A stretch of DNA of 64,000 bases, taken from NCBI GenBank assembly GCA_951406725.2, contig OX597823.1, positions 10,726,001 to 10,790,000 on the forward strand. The letters run 5' to 3'. Both the position numbers and the translations under genes were made by a program. Shown in pieces: positions 26,577-41,170 of the stretch; within the stretch, counting starts at the first letter, position 1, and every line of letters starts with the position of its first letter. Below the pieces are notes generated by a model, which did no database searches, was not told the DNA's origin, and saw only the letters and a list, made by a program, of their open reading frames with translations. This DNA comes from Octopus vulgaris. Its lineage: Eukaryota.

Positions 26577-26800
26577 ATCCAAACAAGAAAACACAAAAGA
26601 ACACAGCAACGCGAGGACGTGGAACAAATAAAGTATTAGGACGTGGAACAAATAAAGTATTATTGGACGCTCAGGAAAGAAGGGAAGAAGGAGGGTTTAA
26701 CGTTTCGAGCGGAGCTCTTCGTCGGAAACAAAGGAGAAGGAAAGATCCCGAGAAGGGAAGACAGAGGAAAAAAAATGGCTGGCGGTGCTCACGAGGTCAC
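26572..26800 (-). mobile_element. Hammerhead-bearing element family H2
   Basis: Homologous to 15440-15625; ends at (TA)n 26544-26571. Confidence 0.65.
26695..26729 (-). ncRNA. Minimal type I hammerhead motif (U4C core)
   Basis: Minus strand: GTTT-CCGACGA-A-GAGC TCC GCTC-GAAA-CG-TT^AAAC. Confidence 0.7.
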
Positions 26801-26842
26801 ATGTATGTATGTATAAATATATATCTCTAAGAAAATGTTTGT

Positions 26843-26905
<63 letters not shown>

Positions 26906-27275
26906 TGTGCGTGTATGTATCATGCAGAGAGAAAGGGAGTGAGAGTGCTAGAAGGCAACAATGTACAAAGTATCAATCCTTCTTTCATTGACATGCAGTT
27001 GATGCAGAAATGCATACGTAGAAACACAATGCGTGTGTGTGTGTGTGTGAGAGACGTGTGTGTGTGTGTGTGTGAGAACGTGTGTGTGTGTGTATGTGTT
27101 TGCATGTGTGTGTATGTGTGTGTGTGTGTATGTGTGTGTAAAGTCGACGGATTACCCGTTCAGCTAAACAGAGAATAGTGAAACATTGTTCAACCCGAGT
27201 GTCAATACGGTTATTGAGAAGCAATGAGTCTAACAAAACACATTCTTTTGGAGGCAATGGTCTTAATAAAATAGA

Positions 27276-27321
<46 letters not shown>

Positions 27322-27430
27322 TACATATAATAACCCATATATGCATATAATAACCCATATATGCTTGCATACATACAGTCGCACGTAAATATATATGTGT
27401 GTGTGTATGCATACATAATAATACAATAGC

Positions 27431-27653
27431 TGAAGGATTAAAATTAATCAAAGGCCATGCTAAGTAATGCCTACCTGCTGGAAATAATGGTCAAAACTCT
27501 TATTTAAACCACTGAAAAAAAAACACTGATAATAACTACAGATTTCTGTAGATATTATGAGTATTCTTTCCGGCGATTTAAATAGGAGTTTTAGCTCTCA
27601 TTTTTAGCAGGTAGACATACTTAGTATGTCCTCTGATTAATTTTAATCCTTCA
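27431..27653. repeat. ~220-bp imperfect fold-back palindrome
   Basis: TGAAGGATTAAAATTAATCA...CTACAGA-TT-TCTGTAG...TGATTAATTTTAATCCTTCA; arms pair along their whole length with mismatches. Confidence 0.8.
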
Positions 27654-27788
27654 CTTATTTGATGCTTTTTAGGTCCTGCAATCACCTATATTATTGATTG
27701 TATTATTATTATTTTTAATTTTTACACTAGATAATAACAGAGTCAATAATATCTTCGCAAATAATTTCTCCTGAACTTTTTGTTCTGT

Positions 27789-28366
<578 letters not shown>

Positions 28367-28689
28367 CCTTATAAGGTCTCAATCTCACATCACTGCCAAC
28401 TGGTACGTGGTTACTAGGGTTAGTTCACTCCTTCCCAGGCATTTGTTTTACTCGCTGTGATTCAGATATCAAATATTTCTATTGCTACATAGCTTGTTGA
28501 TTTATATATTTGACTTTATGTTTTAAACCAATTACATCACTCCTACGTGTGTGGAAAGGTCATGATTTGCGCCACTCTACCTACGTGTAATTTATAAAGG
28601 AAAGCCATACGCCTATTTGTAAATGCATGCATAGGAACACACACACACACATACACACACTCGCATGCACACACATATACAGACCCATA

Positions 28690-28932
28690 CGTGCGGTAAG
28701 AAGCTTGCTACCAAACCACATGGTTCTGGATTCAGTACCACTGAGTGGTGCCTTGGGCAGCTAATGTCTTCTGCTATAGCCTGGGGTCAACCAAAGCCGT
28801 AGTGGTTCGGCTAAAGAGACCGAGAGAATAAGTGTTAGGCTTACAAAAAATATGTCCCTGGTTCGATTTGCTCGACTCAAGGCGGTGCTCCAGCATGGCC
28901 ACAGTCAAATGACTGAAACATGTAAAAGAGTA
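28690..28932 (+). mobile_element. SINE family C, internally deleted
   Basis: 5' and 3' portions joined without the microsatellite. Confidence 0.75.
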
Positions 28933-29382
28933 AATTGTTATTGTTTTTGTTGAATAAAATTTGTTGAATAAAAAACCGCAATACTTATGCACCAGCCCAG
29001 TATTTGATTCTCTGTCTGAAAAATTTCTAATAGGAGACATCTTACATATTTTCTACTTCAAGTAGAATTTCTTAACTCCTGTTAGCAAATGAAACGTGTA
29101 ATGATGTATAATTGATACCAAAATATTTTTCAATCTCCCGTTTTTGATATCATTAGTGTGTAGACAATATTTCCAGTATTTTCAACTCTGATGCATACCT
29201 AACACAAATATAACATCGATATGTGTATTTGAAACACTGAAATCCGAAATAAGCCTATGTGCTTCAAGAGGGTCCAGCTTGAATTTTAGTCTATGCGTGT
29301 ATGTGCGCGTGTATATGCATGTATGTATGTATGTATGTATGTATTTATGTACATACGTAGTATGTATGTATATATGTATGTA

Positions 29383-29599
29383 TGGCAGAAACGTTAGCGC
29401 GCCGGGCGAAATGCTTAGCGGTATTTCCCCTGTCGTTACGTTCTGAGTTCAAATTCCGCTGAGGTCGACATTGCCTTTCATCCTCTCGGGGTCGATAAAT
29501 AAAGTACCAGTTTCGCACTGGGTCGATGTAATCGACTTAATCCGTTTGTTTGTCCTTGTTTTCCCCCTCTATGTTTAGGCCCTTGTGGGTAGTAAAGAA

Positions 29600-29601
<2 letters not shown>
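29383..29601 (+). mobile_element. SINE family A in (TATG)n
   Basis: Near full-length. Confidence 0.88.
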
Positions 29602-29630
<29 letters not shown>

Positions 29631-30325
29631 TGTATGTATGTATGTATGTATGTGTGCGTGTGTGTGTGCACGCGCATGAATATCCAAAATCTAGAAGTAG
29701 CGAGTGAGCGAAAGCAATTTTCACTCTGGTCATTCATTCTCCACCACCACCACCACCACCACCACCATCAATCGAAAGAGAACTAAATCTCAGATATCGC
29801 ATTCTTCACGAAATTCTTTGTTTCTACTCAACTAAAATAAATTTACGGAAGAGAAAAACTTACGAACCAATCCACATTTTCTCTTTCAAATGATACTTAA
29901 AGATGGCTGATAGCAGTAACCATAACTGCTTCTTTCTCCATGTCTACCAGACAGACAGGAATTCTTTGGGTTACTGTTCATTTTCGACAATTTCTCTTCA
30001 TACAATTTCTCAATACCTTTCATATCTCAGAGGTTGTTTTGGATCTCTTTCAACAATCTATCTCCTATAATAATCACCATCATCAGTTCGCTTCTCGTAA
30101 ACAATAGTGCAAAGTTCTGAAAATCTGCACAGATCCACTTGGAATCGTAGGTCATACTTTATTCCGGCCCATCAAAGTGATTGTCCGAACCTAGTTGCTC
30201 TGTTGCACTTTTGCCACACTGTTTATCGAATGGCAGCTGCATTCTTGTGCATCAGAGTGCACGAATAGCGCACATTGAAGAAACAATCAAATTTACATTT
30301 GCAGTATATCCTCTAATCTAATACC

Positions 30326-30554
30326 TATTTCTTTACTACCCACAAGGAGATAAACACAGAGGGGGACAAACAAGGACAGACAAACTGATCAAGTCGATTA
30401 CATCGACCACAGTGCGTAACTGGTATTTAATCGACCCCGAAAGGATGAAAGGCAAAGTCGACCTTGGCGGAATTTGAACTCAGAACGTCACGGCAGACGA
30501 AATACAGCTAAGCATTTCACCCGGCGTGCTAACGTTTCTGCCAGCTCGCCGCCG
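30326..30554 (-). mobile_element. SINE family A
   Basis: TSD TCCTCTAATCTAATA at 30309-30323 and 30555-30569. Confidence 0.9.
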
Positions 30555-30581
30555 TCCTCTAATCTAATATTTCCTAATACT

Positions 30582-30745
30582 TTTCGTCTGTCTTTACGTT
30601 CTGAGTTCAAATTCCTCCGAAGTCGACTTTGCCTTTCATCATTTCGGGGTCGATAAATTAAGTGGCAATTGCGTACAGGGGTCGATCTAATCGACTGGCC
30701 CCCTCCTCCAAAATTTCAGGCCTTGTGCCTAGAGTAGAAAAGAAT
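30582..30745 (+). mobile_element. 5'-truncated SINE with B-type tail
   Basis: Core plus CCCCTCCTCCAAAATTTCAGGCCTTGTGCCTAGAGTAGAAAAGAATA; TSD-like ATATTT(C/T)CTAATACT. Confidence 0.8.
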
Positions 30746-31013
30746 ATTTTCTAATACTGGTCGTTTACTAGAAAAGAAAGGGATACTTTATCATATTGAT
30801 ACAACAGCCATGAATATTTGGAAGTAGTGTAGTCGATTGAATTACTTCTATACTTGGCTTACTTCAGTTCCGTTGGAACGAAAGCCGATGCTGCTGGACA
30901 TATGATTTGAATTCTTATGAATATATCAAGTATAATAAACGCAAGCAGTAAAATTTACATACATGATTTGAACGAAACAATGATACCACATTGTTAAATG
31001 GAAGTTTTATTAT

Positions 31014-31980
31014 TTAACACGGCGGTGGCCCACGTTTGGCAACAATCACAACTCTAGTACGTACAAGTTCTAAAAGATTGTATGGGAATTTGAATTTTGG
31101 ACGAATCTTCAACTAATACCTGCATAGCTTTTTCAGTGACGATTTCAGAGGGAAAGCGGCTCCTCGCCTGATGCTCCAAAATGTGCCATTAATGTATGAT
31201 TATAACTGAGTGCTGGTGGGGTGGGGCCAAACCAATTGACCTTATTCATTTTTGTGTCCCTGGTACGAATTTTCAACATTATCATCTTAAAAGTTTGCGC
31301 TACCATCAGGGACTATAGGTATAGAAAGGGTCAGCCAAAATACTCAGATAAATCATTGCGTTAACTCTACTATGTAGAACAACTAAAGGGCCTAGAGGAT
31401 TCTGTTAGAATGGATGTCAAATCATCATTGACCCACCTCTGTGCTTCATAGCAGGGGCCAAACAGTCAGGGATGAAGGTTTCTTTCGGTTGTCTCCAGAC
31501 ATAAACTTGCTTCTAAGGGGAAAGAGTATGGATGAGGATTCATCAGAGAAGATAGCATGGTTCCATTGAGTCATTTAGCACTTCTGAGAGTCTAAACACC
31601 ATTTTACCACTTATTAGTGTTCATGGAGGAGAGATGATGTGCAACCGTTCGATATTATCCAGCTCCACGTAGCTCACCACAGTTTTGGCTGACGTGAGGA
31701 TTTAGTTCTACTTTCGCTTTTGCCACCGTATTTCAATGATTTTTAGACTCAAATTGTGTCGCTATTCTGCACTCTCTCTCTCTCCCCCGTCTCTCTCTCT
31801 CTCTGTGAGCTTTGCCTTCTGACCAGAATTATCTTCTCCACAACTAGTTTTCCTTAGTTTTGGAATACCAACAGGATTTTGCAGACTCTTCCTTTCGAAA
31901 CAAAACAATTTCCTCAGAGTTTGTGATTAAAGCTCCGGCCCTACACGTTCCAACGATTTGGCAATCAATAAATATTTGCC
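31014..31980 (-). pseudogene. Tc1-family (DD34E-type) transposase remnant
   Basis: QIVGTCRAGA..NSGQKAKLTER..QWNHAIFSDESS..VYVWRQPKETFIPDCLAPAMKHRGGSMMI*..GPLVVLHSRVNA..F*DDN..WHILEHQAR..VIVAKRGP; many lesions. Confidence 0.8.
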
Positions 31981-33012
31981 AAAAAAAGAAAGAAATCAGG
32001 GGTCTATATCATGAAGTACAAGGCGGACTTAATGCATGTAAACACATATATACTCATTAGAACAGGTTTGGATTTGTCATATTACTAATAGTTAAAAATA
32101 GTTAACTAGAAAATGGTGTTTCCATTATTTTGTCCACTTTCTTTATATATCTGTACCTGGGTATTTACAACGATTGAAATTGCTTCTTACAGTTTAGTCT
32201 ATGCTAAACCTTGAAAGAGCACTCTGAATTAATACTAGTCAAAGTTTTTTCAGACTACCATATCCGACTATAGAAAATGACCTTTATTTTTTCTTTTTGT
32301 AATAAAGACAATGAGATTTGATTCGAGAGATTTAACCGACATTTCTAGCAGGCCGATCAACCAGGCAAAGCTCTTTCGTCTAGCGAGTGAGTGTAAGGTA
32401 AATATATCATAGCATTGTAATAATGTTATTGTTTAGTGTTTGAACTCTGCTTACCATACGTCTATTTGAACGAACATATTTGTGTAGCCTAGTAAATAAA
32501 GCATTACTAATCTTTGATTACTAGAATTTGATTTTTAGCTCGCAGGTCAAGTATGTATTGACATTGCTGTTCTGATTTCTTTAGTTAAAGAACACTCGAC
32601 TATAGACGTCTGAAGCTAACCTAATATGTCTTGCATTCCGGTAATAACAAATACATGTTAAGATTATCATTTTCTATATTCATATTATAAAATGTTCATC
32701 ATTGCTCTCTCCTCAGATATAGTAAATAGTAGATTCATGAATGACCTCATAACATATCTGATATTGTTTAATGTCTTTTTATCTGTATTAGTTCGTGACA
32801 AGAGATACTGTTTGATTTCTATCTAGTGTCCAACTAGATTTTATTACTCTCAGGCTAGTGGTTACAAATTCACTCATAAGAGACGTACACCATAGAGCGA
32901 GTTCAAATAAGAATGGAGATCAGTTCCTTCGAGAAGTCTTTCTTCTCTGGGAGTGTCATAAATACTTTGCATCACTTATATTTTACACGAATAACATAAA
33001 AATTAAACATGC

Positions 33013-33102
33013 TATGTATGTATGTATGTGTGCATGTTTGTGTTTGTATGTATATGTGTGTGCATGTATGCATGTGTGTGTATGTGTATGTATGTATGTA
33101 TG

Positions 33103-33136
<34 letters not shown>

Positions 33137-33170
33137 TGTATGTATGTATGTATGTATGTGTGTGTGTACG

Positions 33171-33204
<34 letters not shown>

Positions 33205-33266
33205 TGTATGTATGTATGTATGTATGTATGTACGTATATATGTATGTATGTATGTACGTACATATG

Positions 33267-33300
<34 letters not shown>

Positions 33301-33513
33301 TGCATGTATGTATGTATGTATGTATGTATGTATGTATGTATGTATGTATATGATAGACTCTCCAACCGAAGACGATGTATGAAGATTCAGCTCTCTGTAT
33401 GTATGTATGTATGTATGTATGTATGTATGTATGTATGTATGTGCGTACGTATGCATGTATGTATGTATGCATGTATATATGTACGTATGTACATACGTAT
33501 GTATGTATGTATG

Positions 33514-33547
<34 letters not shown>

Positions 33548-33861
33548 TGTATGTACGTATGTATGTATGTATGTATGTATGTATGTATGTATGTATGTAT
33601 GTACGTATGTATGTACGTACGTACGTATGTATGTATGTCTGTCTGTATGTATGTACGTACGTATGTATGTATGTATGTACGTATGTATGTATGTATGTAT
33701 GTATGTATGTACGTATGTATGTATGTATGTATGTATGTATGTATGTATGTACGTATGTATGTACGTTCGTACGTATGTATGTATGTCTGTCTGTATGTAT
33801 GTACGTACGTATGTATGTATGTATGTATGTATGTATGTATGTATGTATGTATGTATGTATG
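33013..33861. repeat. (TATG)n tract containing a 45-bp SINE E 3' end (33352-33396, minus)
   Basis: Insert GATAGACTCTCCAACCGAAGACGA...TTCAGCTCT matches the reverse complement of 52302-52343. Confidence 0.9.
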
Positions 33862-34214
33862 TAGTAAGTATGTGTGTATGTGAGAAATGGGAAAACTTTA
33901 ATTATTTAGGATTCTAAACTGCAACTGCAATCAAATAATAAGCGTTGTGCAAACACTTAAATCAAATCAGGTAGAGGTGGAAATTCTCAAACCATTGAAA
34001 TGAGTTACCGAGACTGAATTTTCAATTACTCAACACAGGAAATAAGTATGCAGTGAAGGAGAAAAGATATTCTGATCTTAATTAGGCGACATAGAATCAC
34101 TAGACGTGATTTGGAGATATTAGACCTTCTCAAAAAGACGTGCTATTCAATGTGACTGCCAGATCCTTAAAGTGACATTACTGTATGAATATACGATAAT
34201 GTAGACAAGAAAGC

Positions 34215-35151
34215 CGGGTGAAATGCTTAGCCGTATTTCTTCAGTCTTTACGTTCTGAGTTCAAGTTCCGCCGAGGTCGACTTTGCCTTTCATCCTTTCG
34301 GGGTTGATAAATTAAGTACCAGTTACGCACTGGGGTCGATGTAATCGACTTAATCCCTTTGTCTGTCCTTGTTTGTCCCCTCTGTGTTTAGCCCCTTGTG
34401 GGTAGTAAAGAAATAGGTATTTCGTCTGCCGCTACGTCCTGAGTTCAAATTCTGCCGAGTTCGACTTTGATCTTCATCCTTTCGGGGTCGATAAATTAAG
34501 TACCAGTTACGCACTGGGGTCGATGTAATCGACTTAATCCCTTTGTCTGACATTGTTTGTCCCTTCTGTGTTTAGCCTCTTGTGGGTAGTAAAGAAATAG
34601 GTATTTCGTCTGCCGCTACGTTCTGAGTTCAAATTCCGCCGAGGTCGACTTTGACTTTCATCCTTTCAGGGTCGATTAAATAAGTACCAATTACGCACTG
34701 GGGTCGGTATAATCGACTTAATCCGTCTGTCTGTCCTTGTTTGTCCTCTCTGTGTTTAGCCCCTAGTGAGTAGTAAAGAAATAAGTATTTCGTCTGCCGC
34801 TACGTTCTGAGTTCAAATTCCGCCGAGGTCGACTTTGCCTTTCATCCTTTCGAGATCGAATAAATAAGTACCAATTACGCACTGGGGTCGATATAATCGA
34901 CTTAATCCGTCTGTCTGTCCTTGTTTGTCCTCTCTGTGTTTAGCCCCTTGTGGGTAGTAAAGAAATAGGTATTTTGTCTGCCGCTACGTTCTGAGTTCAA
35001 ATTCCGCCGAGGTCGACTTTGACTTTCATCCTTTCGGGGCCGATTAAATAAGTACCAATTACGCACTGGGGTCGATATAATCAACTTAATCCGTCTGTCT
35101 GTCCTTGTTTGTCCTCTCTGTGTTTAGCCCCTTGAGGGTAGTAAAGAAATA
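34215..35151 (+). mobile_element. SINE family A, 5-unit tandem array
   Basis: Units rejoin at AAAGAAATA|GGTATTTCG; TSD AAGAAAGC at 34207-34214 and 35151-35158. Confidence 0.92.
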
Positions 35152-36756
35152 AGAAAGCTTGGTTGGATGAATAGTTTTACATATCTATTAACGTACCTTA
35201 TTCTATGAGTCTAATTCGCATAGATATGTCTAAGTCTTATATTCTATTCTCACAATCGAGTGACAGGTATAGAGTGCTGGACTGAATGCCTTGTCGCATA
35301 ATGTTACAGCCTTTTACAAAACCCCGGCATGATTTTTTATCTCTTATCTATTTATAGATAAAGTACCAGTTATGTACTGGGCTCGATTTAAACATCTTCC
35401 TCGAAAAATAGTTTTAGTATTTATGCCAAAGTTAAAAATAATTATTAAATATTCTATTGACAATGATTGATGTTGCATCAGAAGTGAAAGATGCCAGAAG
35501 CAAAGTGGATGTTTATATTTCACTAATATTCATCATGTCGAGGTCAAACTGTCTTTTCATCCTTCTGGGATCGATAAAATATTCGCCGTTATCATTGGAG
35601 AAGGGAAGGTGGACTATGGAAGATGAATAAGTTGGATTTTGTGTGGCGATTTGCTATGCATACTTGACATATCATCTATATGACTCACGATTTTAAGCTC
35701 AAATGCTATCCGAACTGCCTGAGACAACTTTTCCCCAAGCTATCGTTGATCAACTCTATGCTAGTCGTAAAGATTATTCCAGTATGTTTTCATCAGAAGT
35801 ACTCCCGACAACTAGTAAGAAAGGTTAAGAGGGCAAAGGGAGTAAACAGACGATCAATATTCTCTCACAGAAATATTTCAAATATTTTCTAGATTAGATT
35901 TTCCTTTACCAGCTTTTGTTTTACTTCCCATTTGATGTCTGGCACCGTTTGTTACTTTCGAAATATCTCAGTCGACTTAGTTATGTAGGAATAATGCCAA
36001 TAACCTAGAAAAAGGCATAAACGTCACAGCAGCTAATTTCTAATTGAAAACTGTTATTATAAACTTGTTGAGAGTTGAGTATTGAACTATTAAATGTTGC
36101 ATAAATGTTCAATGTTAAAATATTGCTCATATATCGAACTTTTAGATTTCATCCTTCTGAATTTAATAGCAGTATTATATTGGTGCTCTGACAGCAGATA
36201 ATGCTCAATTCTTAACAAAACTGGGAGCATACATCGTAAACCGAAATTACCATGAAACATTTTTATATAATGTGAGAAAGTATTTTCACAGAAATATGAT
36301 TTCCACGTTCTTCTTGTTGCACTATTCTGTTTTGTTATTTTCAGTAATATCCCGAAGAGATATTAGCTTCAGTACAGTTGCCAGTGAGGATAACTGTTGG
36401 TGATAAGAATTGTTGGTAAGCAAGGATGCGAGCGAGTACGACTGTTGCTGAGCAAAGATATCGGTGAGTGCAATTGTTAGTAAATGAAACTACTGAATAG
36501 AAACATGTCACTTTGTTATTTTTTAACCATTGTCGAAACTAATATATCCTTTATATATTCGTTTACTCTTTTACTCTTTTACTTGTTTCAGTCATTTGAC
36601 TGGGGCCATGCTGGAGTGCCGCCTTTAGTCGAGCAAATCGACCCCAGGATTTATTCTTTGTAAGCCTAGTACTTATTTTTTCGGTCTGTTTTGCCGAACC
36701 GCTACGTTACGGGGACGTAAACAGACCAGCATCGGTTGTCAAGCATATATATATAT

Positions 36757-37342
<586 letters not shown>

Positions 37343-37999
37343 CGGGCTTCTTTCAGTTTCCGTCTACCAAATCCACTCACGAGGCTTTGGTTGGCCCGAT
37401 GCTATAGTAGAAGACACTTGCCCAAGGTGCCACGCAGTGTGACTAAACCCAGAACGATGTGGTTGGAAAGCAAGATACTTACCACACAGCCACTCCTACG
37501 CCTATATGATAACAAATATTTCACTTGTAACTATCTTGTCTTTTAGAGTCTGTAGAACTACAATATATAATGTACTTCCTTTCGCAGGAGAGTATTGTAT
37601 TATTTAAGAGAGAAACGGGTGCTATTTTTCGCAGGTCGGGTGACCCCAAAGAAGCTCTCTAGAGAAATGAATTTTAAATTCTGGTGAACACACGAAAAAA
37701 GAAATAATAAATAATACTCTGTGATTTCGATAGAGTTTCGTTCCTGGTTATCTTCATTTCACTTCACATATTTCTGACGCCCTTAAACAAAAATATCCTC
37801 GATATCTCATATACTGATTTTCTCTATGCCAATAATGTTGCTATGGCGTAAAAGTTTCACACAAGAGCTTTATTCACTAATGTTCTTAATACTCTTGTGT
37901 AAAGCTCAGGGGTAACAAAACTTCAAATATAGCTTCCTTATAGACTTGAAATAATGAGTGTAAGTAAAATAAACTTAATGCAGTGCATATTTGAAGATA

Positions 38000-38424
38000 T
38001 ACTCTTTTACTCTTTTACTTGTTTCAGTCATTTGACTGTGGCCATGCTGGAGCACCGCCTTTAGTCGAGCAACTCGACCCCGGGACTTATTCTTTTTGTA
38101 AGCCCAGTACTTATTCTATCGGTCTCTTTTTGCCGAACCGCTAAGTGATGGGGACGTAAATACACCAGCATCGGTTGTCAAGCAATGCTAGGGGGACAAA
38201 CATAGACACACAGACACACAAACACACAAACACACACACACACATATATATATACATATATACGACAGGCTTATTTCAGTTTCCGTCTACCAAATCCACT
38301 CACAAGGCATTGGTCGGCCCGGGGCTATAGCACAAGACACTTGCCCAAGATGCCACGCAGTGGGACTGAACCCGGAACCATGTGGTTGGTTAGCAAGCTA
38401 CTTACCACACAGCCAATCCTGCGC
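38000..38424 (-). mobile_element. SINE family C
   Basis: Full-length. Confidence 0.9.
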
Positions 38425-39899
38425 TTATATATATATAGCGTTATACATAGAGATTCTGCCATAAATGATAAAATAATTCAAGGAACTAAGAAGGTAATTT
38501 TCAACAGGATTTTTCTGAAATCGGGTAGATACAAATTTTGCATTATGGGATACAGGATTTTGTAATCAGTGAAATAAAACTGAATCCGTATATTCTTAAA
38601 GTATTTTAAAGTCGGTGATGAGCTCAGGACCCTAAGAACATTGGTGGCATGTAACGTTCTCATAAAATCCGGTACCTTTTCTCAATAACTAAGATCACTT
38701 ATTCATGAAGGTAGGAGAATATGACAAAGAATCCCTTTCACTATGCAACAGCCTCCCTTTTCACTATCAACGACGCTCACACCTTTTCCTTCCCAGTCTT
38801 TCCTACAATTCTTTCTTTGTTGCATGATTCTAATTTCTTCCCCTTTTAGTAAATTATTTTCCTTGTAGCTAATGTTGTTATTGTTTCCCAACAGAAAATT
38901 GAATTTATGCAAAAATTCGCTGGATCGACTAAGTGGATGGAAGTCTTTTAGAAGGCATTCAAGAGTTTCAATCAATAATTTTCTTCAAATCAGCCTTTAT
39001 TGCTTTATCAACTACCAAATTTAGCCTAACAACTTAATAGTGTTGAGAAAGCAGCAACTGCCACTAATTTTGCTGGTCATGTCATTGATTTCAGCGCATT
39101 CTATATTGACTCATTCATAAATGGTGTTTTTTCAATTGCGCAATATTGTTTTGCGCTCCAGGGATAAATATATCTTGGAACAGTTCCATACTTTTCTCAT
39201 TTCTTCATCATATATGATATATTTTTCATCCCCAGGATCATTTTTATATGCAATCGTTGGCAGGACATAATCTGTTTTATTTTCTCCTGTCAAACTGTAC
39301 TTTACTGAAGAAATCTTGTATATTTTATTGCTTTATATCTTAGAAATATATAACAAATTCCGTGCCATATTCCGGTAAAAAATGGCTAAAGTAAACAGAA
39401 GAAACTAATCATGGATTCTTAACAGTCTTCTGTTGAAGAACCCATATCGTAAAACATTTATTGTGTTTCAATTGATACAGTACAGAATCATAAAATATGA
39501 ATATAATGTTGCAGAAAGTTGACTTGGACAAATATGGAGTCAACATATAGATTCCCATTTTGTATCAAATACAATAGATCTGCCGATTAGAGAGGCCTTT
39601 ATCTTTTCTTGTTATACATCCACAGGAATAAGGTAAATATTTCTTTTAAGTTTTATGTGTCGGTGGAGTTTTCATTGGTAGTATATCTAATTCATTTAGT
39701 CAGCTAGGTGACTTGAGTCAAGTTAGTTAAAAGGAATATGTCTAATGACAAAAACAGAGGTCCACAAGCCTAAGGACTAAATATTTACAGTACATGGTCC
39801 TATATTTAGCAATGAATTCACAATGTTAAAGAAGCTATCTTTTTTCCTTGTTGGTATTCTAGCAACACTTACATAGGGTTATGACTGTATATAATATTG

Positions 39900-40366
39900 A
39901 TTTCAAGTTTTGTTGCAAGGCCAGCAGTTTTGGAGGAGGGGCTAAGAGGATTACGTGGATTCTAGTATTCAACTGGTACTTCTTTATCGACCACGAAAGA
40001 ATGAAAGGCAAAGTCAACCCCAAAAGAAGAATCAAGACCATTCTCATCACTCAGCATCCTACGTACCACCCTCTTGTGAGTTCACTGCACCACCAAAGTT
40101 GGAAATTGAACTCAGAAAGGGAAGACGGACGAAATACCTATTTCTTTACTACTCACAAGGAGCTAAACACAGAGAGGACAGACAAGGACAGACAGACGGA
40201 TTAGGTCGATTACTTCGACCCCAGTGCGTAACTGGTACTTATTTAATCGACCCCGAAAGGATGACAGGCAAAGTCGACCTCGGCGGAATTTGAACTCAGA
40301 ACGTAACGGCAGACGAAATACTGCTAAGCATTTCGCCCGGCGTGCTAACGTTTCTGCCAGCTCAAC
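39900..40366 (-). mobile_element. Young SINE A joined at GGTATTTCG to an older diverged SINE body
   Basis: A unit 40139-40366, then GGTATTTCGTCCGTC...; older core and tail 39900-40022 after a ~75-bp insert. Confidence 0.8.
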
Positions 40367-40404
40367 GTCCTATTATTGTATATACTGATGTAATAAGAGA
40401 GAGA

Positions 40405-40448
<44 letters not shown>

Positions 40449-40902
40449 GCTATTAGAATGGTGATTACTTTGAGAATTTGTTTAGCAGTTATATGAATTC
40501 AGTACTAAGATGAGGATGTAAGCAGTTTCCTTCTCAGAGCTCTGAAACCTGACTTACCAAAATAATCACGGTTAGAAGGGTATTCTACTCCAACATATAC
40601 TTAAGAATAAACAAGGCATTTCAAGAAACTGCCTGCCTCTCAGTACAAGCGTCAGTCATTTGCTGCTCCCTCCGATGTGGGCATCTGAACCCAGTATTAC
40701 TCTAAATTAATTTTGGATAATTATTTAACACCTTAATTCCAAGAATGGTGTATCTAAGTGTCATTGGACAACGTATTCCGAATGTACAAAATGAGTTTTG
40801 CCACGGTCGGAACGCCTTTATTTGTAGCTCTAAGCGATTTTCAGTCATATGTTTCTATGTCTAATCGAAGTTAACCTAAGGCAATAGAACAACCAACACA
40901 AT

Positions 40903-40939
<37 letters not shown>

Positions 40940-40968
40940 CAGCAGCAGCAGCAGCAGCAGCAGTAGCT

Positions 40969-41038
<70 letters not shown>

Positions 41039-41063
41039 CAGCAGCAGTAGTAGTAGTAGCAGT

Positions 41064-41137
<74 letters not shown>

Positions 41138-41170
41138 CAAGAGCAGCAGCAGTAGTAGTAGTAGTAGTAG
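40903..41170. repeat. (AGT)n/(AGC)n compound microsatellite
   Basis: Direct reading. Confidence 0.95.

Noticed and set aside
32858-33917. MYVC/HTYI-repeat ORFs
   Set aside because: Artefacts of (TATG)n
38460-39460. Unique block with a 90-aa minus-strand ORF
   Set aside because: No motif recognised; possibly decayed transposon but unsupported
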